A stretch of DNA of 64,000 bases from Mizuhopecten yessoensis. Lineage: Eukaryota. Location: the NCBI RefSeq assembly GCF_002113885.1, contig NW_018408761.1:997580-1061579 (forward strand). Direction: 5' to 3'. The notes under the pieces were generated by a model. The model was not told the DNA's origin. It was given only the letters and a program-made list of their open reading frames with translations, and did not search any database. Positions within the stretch are counted from its first letter, which is position 1; the number at the start of each line of letters is the position of its first letter. The position numbers and the translations under genes are program-made. This document shows positions 1 through 12,164 of the stretch, piece after piece.

Positions 1-240
1 TAAACTTTAATATCTTGAGTATCTTTATAAATTTTAATATATTTAATATCTTTATAAACTTTAGTATCTTTAGTATCTTTATAACCTTTAATATCTTTTG
101 TATCTTTATAAACATTAATATCTTGAGTATCTTTATAAATTTTAATATATAAATATCTTTATAAACTTTAGTATCTTTAGTATCTTTATAACCTTTAATA
201 TCTTATAGCATCTTTAGCATCTTTATTGTTATACCCCTTT
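1..240. repeat. Minisatellite with ~10-bp units (tatctttata / gtatctttag) and a ~110-bp higher-order period.
   Basis: Direct reading shows positions 1-110 largely repeated at 111-220. Confidence 0.8.
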
Positions 241-1226
241 ACCATTGGTTAAGTCAAGTACAGCTATAAATTACAGACCAGACGTTATATTTTGTATCCC
301 AAAGGGAGACTAATCTACACAATGCATAAATAAGGGAGACCCATTTCTCTTTATAATATCAAACATGTATTGCCCTTGATTTATGGAAACACGACTCTTT
401 CTCTCCCTGAGTTTAATCGCACCATTAGTACCGTCTCTTTCAGTCACATAGAACAAAGTTGTGGTGCATCTAACTCATTTTCCAGAGAGAGTCCGAATAA
501 GGGAAAAGGACGGGGGAATTCGAGCGCGAGAGAGAAAGCGCAGTGTTGTGTGGACCAAACCAGATTTATCTCTGTGCAATTCACACGGAAACACAATATT
601 AGTTTACAACGAAATACAATTTAAAGATGAAAACGATGATTATTGGATAGATCAGTGATTATTTAAGTGGTTAATTGATTTTATTATAATAATCAAAGCA
701 ATAATCTATTATCGTTTTTATATAGAAAAAAAAGGCTAAAAGTCATTGACATCCAATTGCCCCACAGGTGTGTATAATTTGTGCAGATTTTTTTTTTAAG
801 AATAAAAAAACCCACTAAAGGCATGAAGCCCAACCTTGTTATCGTAATATCAAGACAATTGTTAATTCATCTTATCTGGAAGTCCTTTATTGAATCTTTG
901 AATCTAACAAGGATAGGGAGACTTAATGGAAGTTCAGGGAAATGACGAACTTTCTTAAACACATTCAATTCATTGATAAAAATATTCTGGTAGCTTCGCC
1001 CTCGTGAAATACGATTGATCTCAGGGAAACAAAGATTCATGTTTCTCTGCAGTAATATATTAACAAAACAGTAAATTACTATTTACGTAAAGCAGTTTAT
1101 TTATGTGCGTGTTATCAAAGACATAATCAGCTTGAAGTTTTCCGTAGAAATAATATCAAAAGGATTACTAATCTTGGTAGATACAAATGTTCGCTTATTA
1201 GAATACCTTTTTACCACAGAAAGATA

Positions 1227-2519
1227 TCAATCTTCATCACCCCTCACGACACACGATGGCCGGCGTGACCTTGTTCTCATTTCTCGCATTTTCCTGTCCT
1301 GATTAGTTTCCGGAAGCAACTCAATTATCTTTGCTTTCTCCTTTCTGGCCTCTTCTTTAAAATCGACCCATTTTCCGTCAAATTTTGATAGAATCATCTG
1401 CCTCTGAACCCTACTCATCAGATTCTTCATAGACTCCCAAGCCACGTTTTTCTCTCGATCGACGTTTTCGCATTCTTGTATCCGACGCGTTTTTTCATCT
1501 GCGCATGCTTTCTCAACCCATTTTGCAGCAATTTTCCTAACAAGCTCTTCCTCTACTCTAGACTTTAGTTCTCTAACTTTCTCCTTGTAGCTTTCTTCTA
1601 TCCTTTCTTCCTCCTCTAATACTTGTTGATACATCCTTCTCATGTTGTCCAGGACCTTATCAAAATTTTGAATTGCTTTGGCTCTTTCCTTGTCTTTTAG
1701 CAGGTTATTCTGTTCCATCACACGTTCCTTCTGTTCATCCTCAAACAGCTTCTTCGTCACATCTCTATCCATATTTAAAACAATCCTGATAAGAGATTCA
1801 TCCAGCATCTCCATCATGGCTCCCCGGTAATCATCATCCAAACACTTTTCGTCGTCGACAAGCCTTCCGAACGCTTCTTCCAGATCACGATTGATGTAGG
1901 TCCTCTTCTGATTCGTTTCAGACATAGCGTCGACTAAATCTTCAACACTTGGAGACTTATCAACGTTGCTTAACATCGCTCGAAGCAATTTAATCTGATG
2001 AAAACGCTCTTCTTCTGTTTCCATGGCAACCAGACCAGCGTGCGTGTAGTTCAGAAGCTGAAGCTGCATGTCATCTTTGACCTTTGCCTGGTGGTTTTTC
2101 ACAGATGCTGTTTCCGTTTTCATCTTTTTCCCGCTGAATTTCATGGTATCATCGAATTCTTTGTTCATGGGACTAAGTGCTTCACTTGCCATTAACTTCT
2201 CAGTTTCCTCAAAATGAACCTTCCTGTCTTTCTCCTTGTCAACCTCGGCGTTAATATGATGAAGTGTCAGGCGTCGAGTCGCTCTGGCCATAGGAGCCAT
2301 CCCCTCGACATCCCAATGATTTCCACTGTACGTTTTCTCATCCAGTGATTTCTGCTTGCGATCCCGTAATTCATAAAACCCGGGTTGTTTCTTTATTCCG
2401 CTGTAGTTGTTTTGTAGATTTTTCGCCTGTCTAATACCCTGTCCAAAATCTCTGTTCAAATAACGCTTTATCTGAAATTCTTCAATGCTATCCGAATCAG
2501 AATCGCTATCCGACGACAT
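1227..2519 (-). CDS. Intronless gene for a ~431-aa coiled-coil protein. It has an N-terminal SDSDSDSDS tract and is E/K/R-rich; function unknown.
   Basis: Single minus-strand ORF of 1.3 kb in an AT-rich genome. I chose the second in-frame ATG (2517-2519, MSSDSDSDS...) as the start because the upstream 28 codons read like UTR. AATAAA on the minus strand at ~1095-1100 lies downstream of the stop at 1227. Confidence 0.7.
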   Translation of the reverse strand: MSSDSDSDSDSIEEFQIKRYLNRDFGQGIRQAKNLQNNYSGIKKQPGFYELRDRKQKSLDEKTYSGNHWDVEGMAPMARATRRLTLHHINAEVDKEKDRKVHFEETEKLMASEALSPMNKEFDDTMKFSGKKMKTETASVKNHQAKVKDDMQLQLLNYTHAGLVAMETEEERFHQIKLLRAMLSNVDKSPSVEDLVDAMSETNQKRTYINRDLEEAFGRLVDDEKCLDDDYRGAMMEMLDESLIRIVLNMDRDVTKKLFEDEQKERVMEQNNLLKDKERAKAIQNFDKVLDNMRRMYQQVLEEEERIEESYKEKVRELKSRVEEELVRKIAAKWVEKACADEKTRRIQECENVDREKNVAWESMKNLMSRVQRQMILSKFDGKWVDFKEEARKEKAKIIELLPETNQDRKMREMRTRSRRPSCVVRGDED

Positions 2520-2599
2520 TTTCCTGACAGTATATAGACACAACACGCGAAACTGTCGTGTGACGGCAGCCGATGCGTCGTCAAGTAGCCCCGAGGATG

Positions 2600-2665
2600 A
2601 CGTCACAATAGATAATAATCCGGTGATTAATTGTGACGTGGCCCATTCAGTCTATGACGCAGCCC
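2600..2665 (-). promoter_or_regulatory. Cluster of three TGACG (CRE/ATF-like) motifs, including palindromic TGACGTCA, 90-140 bp upstream of the coiled-coil gene ATG.
   Basis: Motifs gatgacgtcac, tgacgtgg and tgacgcag fall within 60 bp, in the position expected for a proximal promoter. Confidence 0.3.
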
Positions 2666-3044
2666 AAATAAACAAGTACATATTTTCCATTGCTTTCATT
2701 GACATTTCTGAATAAAGACTGTTTATCTTAATGAAACCTTGAAATGACAATACACTTTATATAACTGTTTAGAAGTTGTGGAGATGTAACCAAACATGAA
2801 CAGAAGTGCAATATAAAATTTTCATAAAAAGAATTCAGTGTAAAAGCTATGGAAAGTCCGCTTGGAGGGACCATAAAAAGGATGAGTTCTTTTTTGTTTA
2901 TTTTTTTATTGTGTGTCTATTTCTTTGTAGGTAGGTGCCTAGGTTTTATCAAATGAAAAAAAATAAGGAAATATTTGTTCATCCACGACAACAATGGTCT
3001 AGGGGAGGCGATCCTGTCATCTGTAATATTTACCGCCAGATGGC

Positions 3045-3545
3045 AGAGCTAGTATATAATGTTTATTTCCGGGGTTGTCTGCTTTTGTCATTTCTAAATT
3101 TAGATTTAGCTTGATTTGCAAAAAGTTAAATCACAATGTTTGAGTTCTACAAAACAATATGAAGGTATCTTGGCCACCTGACAAGATGACAGACATTGAC
3201 AAATGCCAAGTCCAGAAGTTTTCTTGGCCGAAGTGGACCAGTAGCAACTTGCATCTCACGAGCGTAGTGGCAGGAGTACCCACGAGTGGAGAGCTAGGTA
3301 CACTGCATTGTCCCTTTGCTAGTACGGAAGTTTTTGTGGATTTGTAAAATGCATGCTGTTATATGAATGACTTGCACGAGGTTTGCCAAGTGTTGAGCAA
3401 ATCAATATTAGACAATAAAAGTTTATAAAACTGTTACAGTTATACTAAAATAGTATCAGGTTTTGAATGCAGTTCACCTTTACTTTCACTTTCCTATATA
3501 AATCAATGGCCATCAGGCAGACAACCCCGGAAATAAATGTTGACT
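3045..3545. mobile_element. MITE-like element with ~25-bp terminal inverted repeats (tttatttccggggttgtctgc ... gcagacaaccccggaaataaa).
   Basis: Inverted repeats at 3055-3085 and 3508-3540, about 450 bp apart, with no coding capacity between them. Confidence 0.5.
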
Positions 3546-4043
3546 GCCTGAATACATTTTACAAAAAATGGTGAAAAAATAGCAACACGCAAATACCGGT
3601 ATTTATTTATAGGCTATACATATAATGTTTAGATAAAAGATGTGTTGAATATTTTAAAGATTTCAGAATTATTGCTAACATCACGGAATTTAAGTCCGTG
3701 CTAGCATGGACATTTCCACTCTGTTATCAGTTTCAAGAGTGAGTTAATCAGTTGGTATAGTTGTCACTTGCAAAACTTTCCACTTTTACAGTAAATACTG
3801 GGTAGTCACCCAAAATTTTAACACCTGATGAGTCATATTGAAAGCCTGATGAAATGTTGGAATTAAGATACACATCTTAAATGTTAATAGAACTTGTATA
3901 GTACTGTAGTTTTTCAAATGACACATGTTGACATTAACACATTGTCTGTATAATATGGCACAAGGATCAATGTCTTCATAAAAAATACTTATTGGCTTGA
4001 TAGTGTGTCAGTCTCTTTGGGAAAAAAATGAATGCTGCGAAAT

Positions 4044-4585
4044 GACTAGCCCGAGTTTCCTCTGGCCCTGACACCAGACTTAGACATTTTGACAGAAAGA
4101 TGTCTGGTGTGGGGCCAGAGCACACTGCTATATAAAAATGTGGAATTATCTGACACCGTTTGGTATCAGGGAGTGACTAATCCGGGGGGGTGAACAAAAA
4201 GACATGGTCCGGAAATCTTCTGAACAATAATTATATATTCCGTTTTCAGTCCCGGTTTATTGATTAGACACGACCTACAAAAATGGCATTCGCTCAGGTG
4301 AGAAATTTTTAATGAATGAAAATCGAAGACTCGACTGAATAAATTTAGCAGCTGTTGGTGATATGAGAGCTGATTTTGATCAATAAATAATCCATTTGTC
4401 ATTATATGCGAGATATGTGTTGTGTCGTAGTAGATTTTTGTTGTCAGCACCTTATAACTCTCTGATACCAAACAGTGTCGGAGAACTCCACGTTTTCACA
4501 TAGCATTGCACTCTGGCCCCACACCACCAGACATCTATTTGTCTAAGCCTGGTGTCGGGGCCAGAGGAAACTTGGGCTACAAAAT
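4044..4585. mobile_element. MITE/foldback-like element whose two ends are each a ~60-bp hairpin palindrome (ctggccctgacaccagac...gtctggtgtggggccagag), ~200 bp upstream of the PARP4 ATG.
   Basis: Hairpin-forming palindromes at 4056-4120 and 4500-4575 are inverted with respect to each other. Confidence 0.5.
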
Positions 4586-4779
4586 GACATATTATCAAAC
4601 AAAATACAAAATTTGATTTGTTTTTTGTATTGGAAATTTGATGTGCATTCAAGCATAAACAGATAAAGGAGTCTTGCAAATGCATGACAATCTTGGAAAG
4701 CTAAGGGAATTCCCAATTTCATTATCTTTTTTCTTCTTTCCCTTTCTACCAACCAGAAAACCCTTTAGAGAAGAAAACC

Positions 4780-4914
4780 ATGAATTCCTCCATATTCCGA
4801 CGTCTTACTGTTGTGCTTGAGTTCAACTCAATGATGCCATTCAAGGAAAAAGCCAGATGGCGCAAGAAAATTACGGACAATGGTGGGACTGTGTCCTATA
4901 TCATAACAAAGAAG
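4780..4914 (+). CDS. PARP4: PARP4 (vault PARP) ortholog exon 1, BRCT domain N-terminus (MNSSIFRRLTVVLEF...ITDNGGTVSYIITKK).
   Basis: Aligns to the human PARP4 N-terminus as recalled (IFANCIFCL...KENGGKFSFS). Donor GTGAGC at 4915. Confidence 0.75.
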
Positions 4915-5532
4915 GTGAGCATAAACTTAGAATATTGTCTCGGCTACGTATACATATTAGTCTCAAGTAGTATGGTACAAAACATAAGTTACAGGAAACA
5001 CTACCGCTCACAAGGGTAATGCAACTGCACTGCAACATCCTACTTTTGCACAATGTCCTGCAGATTATTGTTTGTTGAGGCTGTCAGAGAAGAGTTATAA
5101 TTAACAGGACTAAAAAAATGGTCCTGAGATTCAACTGAAATCTACTATTTCTAGATGAAGTCTATTGACTGTATGGATATGTGTAAAACTATATATAGCT
5201 ATAGTTTTCCTAAGCAGCAATATAACTTGCATTTCACTCCAGGTGCCACCATTTAGGGAATACAATTTTAATTTTTGTATACTAACCAGCAGGCAGATTT
5301 GTTTCTATCTCGTGAAATTTTCCACCCTGAACACTGTTAGCCAAACTCTTTACGGTTTTGTTTTCTTAACTTTAGAATAAAAACATACATTTTTTGTATA
5401 AATGTTTTTCCATGATTCATATCAAACAAAATTGTGCTTCTGATATTCTTTGTTTATTATTCCTTTGTTAGAAACGTTAACCTTCTCAGATTCTGTGATG
5501 ACATTTTGACAACATTTGTGATTTGTTTACAG

Positions 5533-5731
5533 ATATCCTGCCTGGTTTTATTTAACGACATGTTGGAGAAATCTACATACAAAGTTCGTCAGGCTAGAAG
5601 GTGCAGGGTGCCCGTGTTGAGGGCCGAGTTTATTGACGACAGTCTGCAGCAGCAGCAGAGACTGTCCATGACTACTTATATTGCTGGAGAGGCTATGGAG
5701 GGCAAGAATTTCCAGAAGGGAAAAATAATGA
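5533..5731 (+). CDS. PARP4: PARP4 exon 2, rest of the BRCT domain (ISCLVLFNDMLEKSTYKVRQARRCRVPVLRAEFIDD...).
   Basis: Acceptor tttacag at 5526-5532. The frame is open and phase-0 from exon 1. The donor aGTAAAT is somewhat uncertain, but the phase-1 end fits exon 3. Confidence 0.6.
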
Positions 5732-6052
5732 GTAAATCAATTCTTATTTAACCTTACATCTTATATAAAAAAAAATCTTGTACATATTGGCAACATATCT
5801 TTTTATTTGAACACAAAAAAAAAGGTCCGCTTTATATGAGTTTTGTAAAACATTATTATTTCTAATTCAATTTCCATGGAAGTATTGGTGTTATACACAG
5901 AAATATCATTTAGATTTTCTGCTCCACTTTCCATCCAGTCCTGTGTAACATTTGTTGACCTGTGATCTAGATATATGTTAGTTTGAACGTATTGACACTA
6001 TTGCATTTATTTTATTCCTGAACTTCACATGCACTTGGTTTGAATTTGACAG

Positions 6053-6195
6053 CCCCACAGCAGCGATTAGTACGGAAGAAGAAACGGAAAATACATATGA
6101 ACCTGAACAGCCTAGAGTGCTGGCCCCTTGGTGACCCAGATAGTCCTGAGTATGACGAGGAGGGATACTCTGTGGCCAAATGGGCGGTTCTCAAA
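6053..6195 (+). CDS. PARP4: PARP4 exon 3 (TPQQRLVRKKKRKIHMNLNSLECWPLGDPDSPEYDEEGYSVAKWAVLK).
   Basis: Acceptor ttgacag, donor GTAGGT. YSVAKWAVLK aligns to human FEVAKYNTLEK. Confidence 0.65.
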
Positions 6196-6445
6196 GTAGG
6201 TACTCACTTCTAGTCTGCCACGAAAAATCAAAATGATATCAGTAATATGTTTATTGATGATTTCAAATACTAAATTGTGTGTATGGTTCTTGAGAAAGTT
6301 GCTTATAAAACTTCATTCATATGTACACTCAGTATTAAAGCCAGCTTCCTTTAGTGTCATATAGAAATATTTGCTAAATATTACTTGTACTTGGTCAAAC
6401 TTGTGAACAGGTTAAGTACTTAAGTAACTAATTTACCCCATTTTT

Positions 6446-6884
6446 AGGTCAACTTAGCTTTAGCTCCTGACAAAGTGTTGATAGTTTTTCGGGTCAATCA
6501 GAAATCCAATATGGCCGCCACGGCCGCCATTTTGAAAAACTATTTCAAACTTAAAGTCAAGTTCTACTGGGCCGATTGAACTGAAACTTTGTAGGAATGA
6601 TCGACTCATGGTCCTGACAAAGTGTTATTATTATATTTCGGGTCGATCAGAAATCCAATATGGCTGCCACGGCCGTCATTTTGAAAAACTATTTCAAACT
6701 TAAAGTCAAGTTCTAATAGGCCGATTGAACTGAAAATTGGTCTAGGAATGATCAGTTCATGGTCCTGACAAACTTAAGTTAACGTTATACTTAACAATTT
6801 TTTACTCAAATTGGTACATATTTCAACAACAAAAATTAATACTGTAGGACTCAGGTGACCGTTAAGGCCCATGGACCTCTTGTT
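6446..6884 (+). mobile_element. Pearl/HINE-like non-autonomous element, type B. Head is tttttAGGTCAACTTAGCT, with two ~170-bp internal monomers and tail CAGGTGACCGTTAAGGCCCATGGACCTCTTGTT.
   Basis: The same monomer recurs at 43383-43935 and 56232-56955. Terminal motifs are shared with the other families. Confidence 0.6.
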
Positions 6885-7530
6885 TTATGGTAAAATCCCC
6901 TTTAGGTTTTTGGGGGAAAGAATTAACCTTTTTGTTATCTAACTGTATGGGTCTTATGTAGAATTTCATGTTTTCCTTTATGTCTCCTAAATAGAGGAAA
7001 TTGGAGAAAACTGCATGTGCTACAACCTTTTTTTTCTTTTTCTTATATGTTTCTGGTATTTCTACCCAGTGTGGCCTTGTATGATATCACAGATAACAAA
7101 ATCCAAATTCTATTTATCAGAGATTGATGTATGAAAAGCATAAGATTTATTTTTTCTTACATTCAAAACCAGATTATAAAAGAAAACAATGCTGTGATGA
7201 AGACTTTGAAGGCTAATCTGAAGAAATAAATATATGTCGGAGTTGGGCCTACATATATAAATGTCTTTGATAGCCTGAACAAGACTTGTGTATAATGAAG
7301 TCTCAGTGAAAGTAAATGTAGTAAAACCTTTTTATACTGCCACCATTTGTTTGACAATAAATTGGAGTAATTGTTTAAAATAATTCTTAAGAAAACGAGA
7401 AAAGGGTCATTGAATTTTTTTGGCGATAAACGTGGTGCCAAATGAAACAAGGGGCATTATATCAAGGTTTTACTGTATAAACATTTCTAAAAATGTCTTA
7501 CAAAAATGTGTCCCATGTTCTCTTTTGCAG

Positions 7531-7632
7531 TCTAAAGAGTCTGTCCAGATCCTGGAGGTACACACCAGCCAGTGTGATGTTGATCTTCCCTACCGTCTAT
7601 ACTCTCAGGCAGGATCATTGTCAGAGAAAATG
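7531..7632 (+). CDS. PARP4: PARP4 exon 4 (SKESVQILEVHTSQCDVDLPYRLYSQAGSLSEKM).
   Basis: Acceptor tcttttgcag, donor GTATGG, phase 0. Aligns to human EAVVVELQCSRDSRDCPFLISS. Confidence 0.7.
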
Positions 7633-8024
7633 GTATGGTTTGGCAACACTTGCAAGAAAACATCTTGTTGTAATCCTACTGAGATTCAATTGTAACTGCT
7701 GTTCAGTGGAAAGACAGACATCTCCTCTTGATTAGCCAGTTTATTTATATCTTAGTAAGAAATTTCAAGAAATATTGGTACATTTTGTGCATGTTATACA
7801 GCCAGCATTTGTCTATAGAAATGATTACATTATAAAGAGGTTTGCCAATAAATTGAGGGGAATTTTTAAGAAAAAGAGAAATAGGAACCTTGAAATATGT
7901 TAGCAGTAAGCAAAGGGGAAAGGAACATGGTGCTTTATATCACAGTTTTACTGAATATCAGTGTTGCTTTGTTTAAACAGACTCACGACAACATGATATA
8001 TGTAAGTGTTTTATGTTTTGACAG

Positions 8025-8195
8025 ACTAGTGATAACAAAGACACTCCTGTAGCCTGGTATGTGAGCACGTCCGAGGAGGTTGTGAGTGGATATGAACAGT
8101 TGTACCAGCAATACACCTCACATCCCTATAACATGTCTGTATGGGATAACCCTGTGCTAACTAACAGTACCTTGGGGTCTCCCAAACTCCGACTG
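8025..8195 (+). CDS. PARP4: PARP4 exon 5 (TSDNKDTPVAWYVSTSEEVVSGYEQLYQQYTS...SPKLRL).
   Basis: Acceptor ttttgacag, donor GTAGGT, 57 codons in phase 0. Confidence 0.65.
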
Positions 8196-8289
8196 GTAGG
8201 TAGCTTGTCATCACAGAAATGTTTCTCTCAGAACATCATACTGGAGATCAGTTTTCCTTTTTTGAATAAAATGAATACTGATGTCTCAT

Positions 8290-8700
8290 TTCCTGAAACC
8301 TAAAAGATTCTTTCACTTTAGCCGTGGTTCTGTTATTTTGTCATATGTATCTCTATGCATTTTGGAATAGCTTACCATATGCTATTAGAAAGTCAAATAC
8401 CCTGGCTAAATTCAAGCAGAACATCAAAACACACCTCTTCACATCGACATCAAAACACACCTCTTCACGTCTGCATTTTAGGGTCTCTGTAAAGACGTCA
8501 TGTAAATACCACCCTTTATTTATTCATTTATGTACACATTGAGATGATTATCTGCTTGCTTAATGTATAATGGTTATTGTAAGCCTTTGTTTTTGTTTCA
8601 CAATTATAACTAATACTATTATCAATATGTTGTAAAGCGCTTTAGAGTAATTTTACAAATTATATAGGGCGCTATATAAATGTTGTATATTATTATCATG
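8290..8700 (+). mobile_element. LINE-tail/SINE-like fragment encoding the conserved ...WNSLPYAIRKSNTLAKFKQNIKTHLF motif, followed by aaagcgc...gcgctatataaatg.
   Basis: The ORF 8324-8542 contains the CR1/L2-type C-terminal signature. It is the kind of 3' tail shared by LINE-dependent SINEs. Confidence 0.35.
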
Positions 8701-9224
8701 GCAATGCTATGGTAACATGTCTGACATTGTTTACATTGTGACATTATTGGTATTGACATGCGATATAGTCAAACATCCATAAATCAAAATTCAAAGATTC
8801 AAATTTCTTGATGTGTCCAACTTGACAGAGCCCAGATTTTCCCCTTATATAACAATACTGATATTCCATTTATGAATTAAACTTTATTAAGTCAAATTTC
8901 TCACTGTTTCGAACTACAATCAATACCCAGTCATAAGGATAACATTGAAAATAACTACTAACAGATTGAAGTAGAACAATTAGCTGTACAAGAACATTGA
9001 AATGTCCCACAGTCATTTTAACACCTAAACATGCAATCTACAGTGTATAAATTTATGTAAAAATATTTTCTAATTACTTTGAATCCAATTTTTATCAATT
9101 CCAAATTTTTCTCGCATTGTGTTGCGTTACTTAACAATCAAATTTGGTCTTATGCAGTATATACAGGATCTCAAAGATGTTTTCATTTCTACTTTTGTGA
9201 GCCGAAGTTGTGATTTTGCAAATG

Positions 9225-9378
9225 TTTCTCATTGGTCCCCCAAAGTTCTCATTGGTCCTACAAAGTTCTCATCGGTCCCCCAAAGTTCTCATTGGTCCCA
9301 CAAAGTTCTCATTGGTCCCACAAAGTTCTCATTGGTCCCGCAAAGTTCTCATTGGTCCCCCAAAGTTCTCAACATCAG
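9225..9378. repeat. 20-bp minisatellite (ccaaagttctcattggtccc) x7.5 in a PARP4 intron.
   Basis: Direct reading. ORFs 9119-9433 and 9210-9467 are artifacts of it. Confidence 0.85.
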
Positions 9379-9767
9379 AAAGTTTGACTGTAGTTCTAAA
9401 ACTAAAGAGAAAGGGTCAAATGTATTTCAATAGGGTCACTTTCATTATCCCGTTCTCAATGGTGTGACTTGTTGGATTAGACTTTTTGTTCATGAAATTG
9501 TTGACTGATGTTGTTTTCAAGTGAGCCTTGACAAAGACTTTCAATGCATCATTTAATGTATATTTATATAAATCTCCGAGGGTTTTCCTCTGTAAATGTT
9601 TCCAATCATTTATTAGATGATGAACCAGTTGTTCTACATATACAAGAAAATAAAATGTTCTTTGGTAAAGAGAAAAACAGTATGAAATCCATCCTATAGA
9701 TTTTGTAAAGGATTGAGATCAGTCTGTATGGAAGGTGTTGTATTACATCATATCATATTTGTCACAG

Positions 9768-9905
9768 TTGCTGGGAGAGTTGTGTACCCTGACAACGGAG
9801 ATCAGTCCAGAGGTTGGTCAGCTGGTGGAACTGGTTTGGGCAGAGGCGAGTCACGAGGCTGAGACACAACTGAACACGAAACTCCAGCACATCAAGCAAG
9901 AAAAG
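9768..9905 (+). CDS. PARP4: PARP4 exon 6, PARP regulatory region (LLGELCTLTTEISPEVGQLVELVWAEASHEAETQLNTKLQHIKQEK).
   Basis: Aligns to human EEVMNSSTLSQEVSDLVEMIWAEALGHLEH. Acceptor tgtcacag, donor GTGACA. Confidence 0.8.
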
Positions 9906-11130
9906 GTGACAGAATTAGCATACACCAAGTTGTGCAAAATTTTTGGTTGACCAAGACTGGTTACATGAATCATAGGTCTTATAAGCCTGTTGTCTTGTTC
10001 TATCAATATTGTGAAACTATTGTCAGTAAAATTTGTCGAAATTGAAAACTAGATATTTGAATGTCAATATTGATTTGTTTTACCTGTTAAGCATGTATGC
10101 CCATATGGCATATCAATCTAGCCAGGGAATATGAGGGGAAACTTACACAGCCTTACTGACAAGCTAGCTTTCCAGCGATGTGGTATAACCCTGGGACATG
10201 CTCACTAGTTCTGCAACATAAAGCGTCAACACTATGACATCACTTTAGTTTACTTCTTCTGCCAGTAAAAGAAACATTGAGGGCAATTCCAGATATGAAT
10301 TTATTAGGATTCATAAGAATCGAGGTGGGCACAAATGATTTATAAAATATATTGGTGATGGTGTATCAAATGATACTTTATTAGACAAACTTTAGGGTGA
10401 TGGATATCACAAAAAACGTGTATTATATGAGTTTACCCTGACTTAACCTTGATCCTGTAGTCTTCAGTGACTAGCTTCCAGTGGTCCAGTAAAACATATT
10501 GGTAATGAACCCATGGGACCTCGGATACAAGTTTGATTTAAGTGTGAACACATGAACATTTATTTATAGGTTTTAGATGTACACAATATATACTATACAG
10601 ATTTCCAAAACATTGCCCACTCAAACACTTTCTGCAAGAAAAATGTCCAGCTTTACAGTATGTATAGAATTATGTTATACAGTTTGGTGTTCAAATCACT
10701 TCATTACAAGTAATAATTTACAATAAGAATATTATTATTTAACATTTAAGGCCATCACAATATATTGGAAAACTAGTATATATCGCAATTCACAGGCATA
10801 CCATATCGTATCGCAATATAGAAATGAAATATGGCTGTATCACAATATTTTCCAAAAGTTTATTTTTATGTACCTGCTGTGTGTTTTAGCTTTTGAAATT
10901 ACTACTGACAGTTTTAAAATCCATATAATAAATGCTTCAGTTTGATATCTGACCACAATTTCTTTTTAAATTGAACACCTTTTAATAAGATTTTCCTATG
11001 ACAATATATCGGGATATGTATCACAGTACATTCCTTCTGTATTGCAAAATACCTTGATACACTCTAGGGGTATTGTGACACCCCTGATAAGATGCATTAA
11101 ATTACTAAACATATTTTACTGTGTTGACAG

Positions 11131-11307
11131 GTTGAAGAAGCTGAGGCAGCACTGTTACAACTGAAGGCCTCAGTGATAGAAGGAGCTGACAACACCAAGA
11201 TAAGTGGTTTACTGGAGGAGTTCTACTCTGCAATGCCACATAAAGACATGTACAGAAAGGATACCATGTCACTTAAAGATATCTCGACGAAACAGGATCT
11301 CTGTCAG
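11131..11307 (+). CDS. PARP4: PARP4 exon 7 (VEEAEAALLQLKASVIEGADNTKISGLLEEFYSAMPHKDMYRKDTMSLKDISTKQDLCQ).
   Basis: Aligns to human KAEGILLLVKAALKNGETAEQLQKMMTEFYRLIPHKG...ADLCQ. Confidence 0.85.
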
Positions 11308-12033
11308 GTATATAGGTTACACCATCATATCACATACACACAGCTGTGGGATACCCCAACTAACACTTCAGTCCTGACAGATCACATTTAACGCTCTGAA
11401 CTTTTGAAATCACTATGAAATATTCTGAGATAACAATTGTCTTCTGATGTCAATTCAAGTACGCACTCAGGTGTTCAAAGATTTCAAATATCTTGTGATA
11501 TTATGTCCTAAACAATTATGTGTCTTAGGCCCCTTTCGTGTATCCGGTTGAACCTGAAAGAAAACGACAGGCGCAGATCTGAACCAAGGTTGACCTCCGG
11601 AATATTTGGCACGTGTAGATTGTGGGTTCCAGAGGTGCCTGACCGAAACTAAAATGCTGACTATTTTTAGTTTGCATTATTTCTTTATAAAACAAGGTCA
11701 ACCCACATATAGATTTTAAGCTACGTTATATAATTTACTTGACGCGTGAAAAAAGAACATATAATTCTAGATGTATTGTTTTCTGTTCTCCGAAACTGCA
11801 TTTTTAGCTCCACCTTCAGTTCGGTCCAAGTGCATTTGTTTATGGTGGAATATTTCTGGGCCACCTGAACCGTTTAGACTCGTATACACAAATGCGACCT
11901 TAATCTATATGTCTTGAATTCTCGAGGATTAAGCTTGTAATCTGTCCATGCTATAAGAAATGAGTACAGAATGAATAAAAAAATAACATTTTTTTGGCCG
12001 TAGCTTGTTAATGACATCCTAGGTGTGAGTGAG

Positions 12034-12164
12034 GCGACAGACTGGTCCGATGAGGCAACAACCAATGCCAAATATAGAGCTCTTCGATGTCATGTGACCA
12101 GTCTGGATCAATCATCAAAAGAGTTCCAAAATGTGTCTGAAATGGTGACAAGTACATCGGAAAG
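12034..12164 (+). CDS. PARP4: PARP4 exon 8 (ATDWSDEATTNAKYRALRCHVTSLDQSSKEFQNVSEMVTSTSE).
   Basis: Contains AKYRALRC, identical to the human motif. The acceptor was chosen to avoid an in-frame TGA and ends in phase 2. Confidence 0.7.

Noticed and set aside
2529-2535. tatatag as a TATA box for the coiled-coil gene
   Set aside because: It lies only ~10 bp from the chosen ATG, which would put the transcription start downstream of the start codon.
6012-6194. 60-aa minus-strand ORF
   Set aside because: It is the antisense of PARP4 exon 3. The plus frame has homology and splice sites.
9119-9467. Two overlapping ORFs encoding PKVLIGP repeats
   Set aside because: They are translations of the 20-bp intronic minisatellite.
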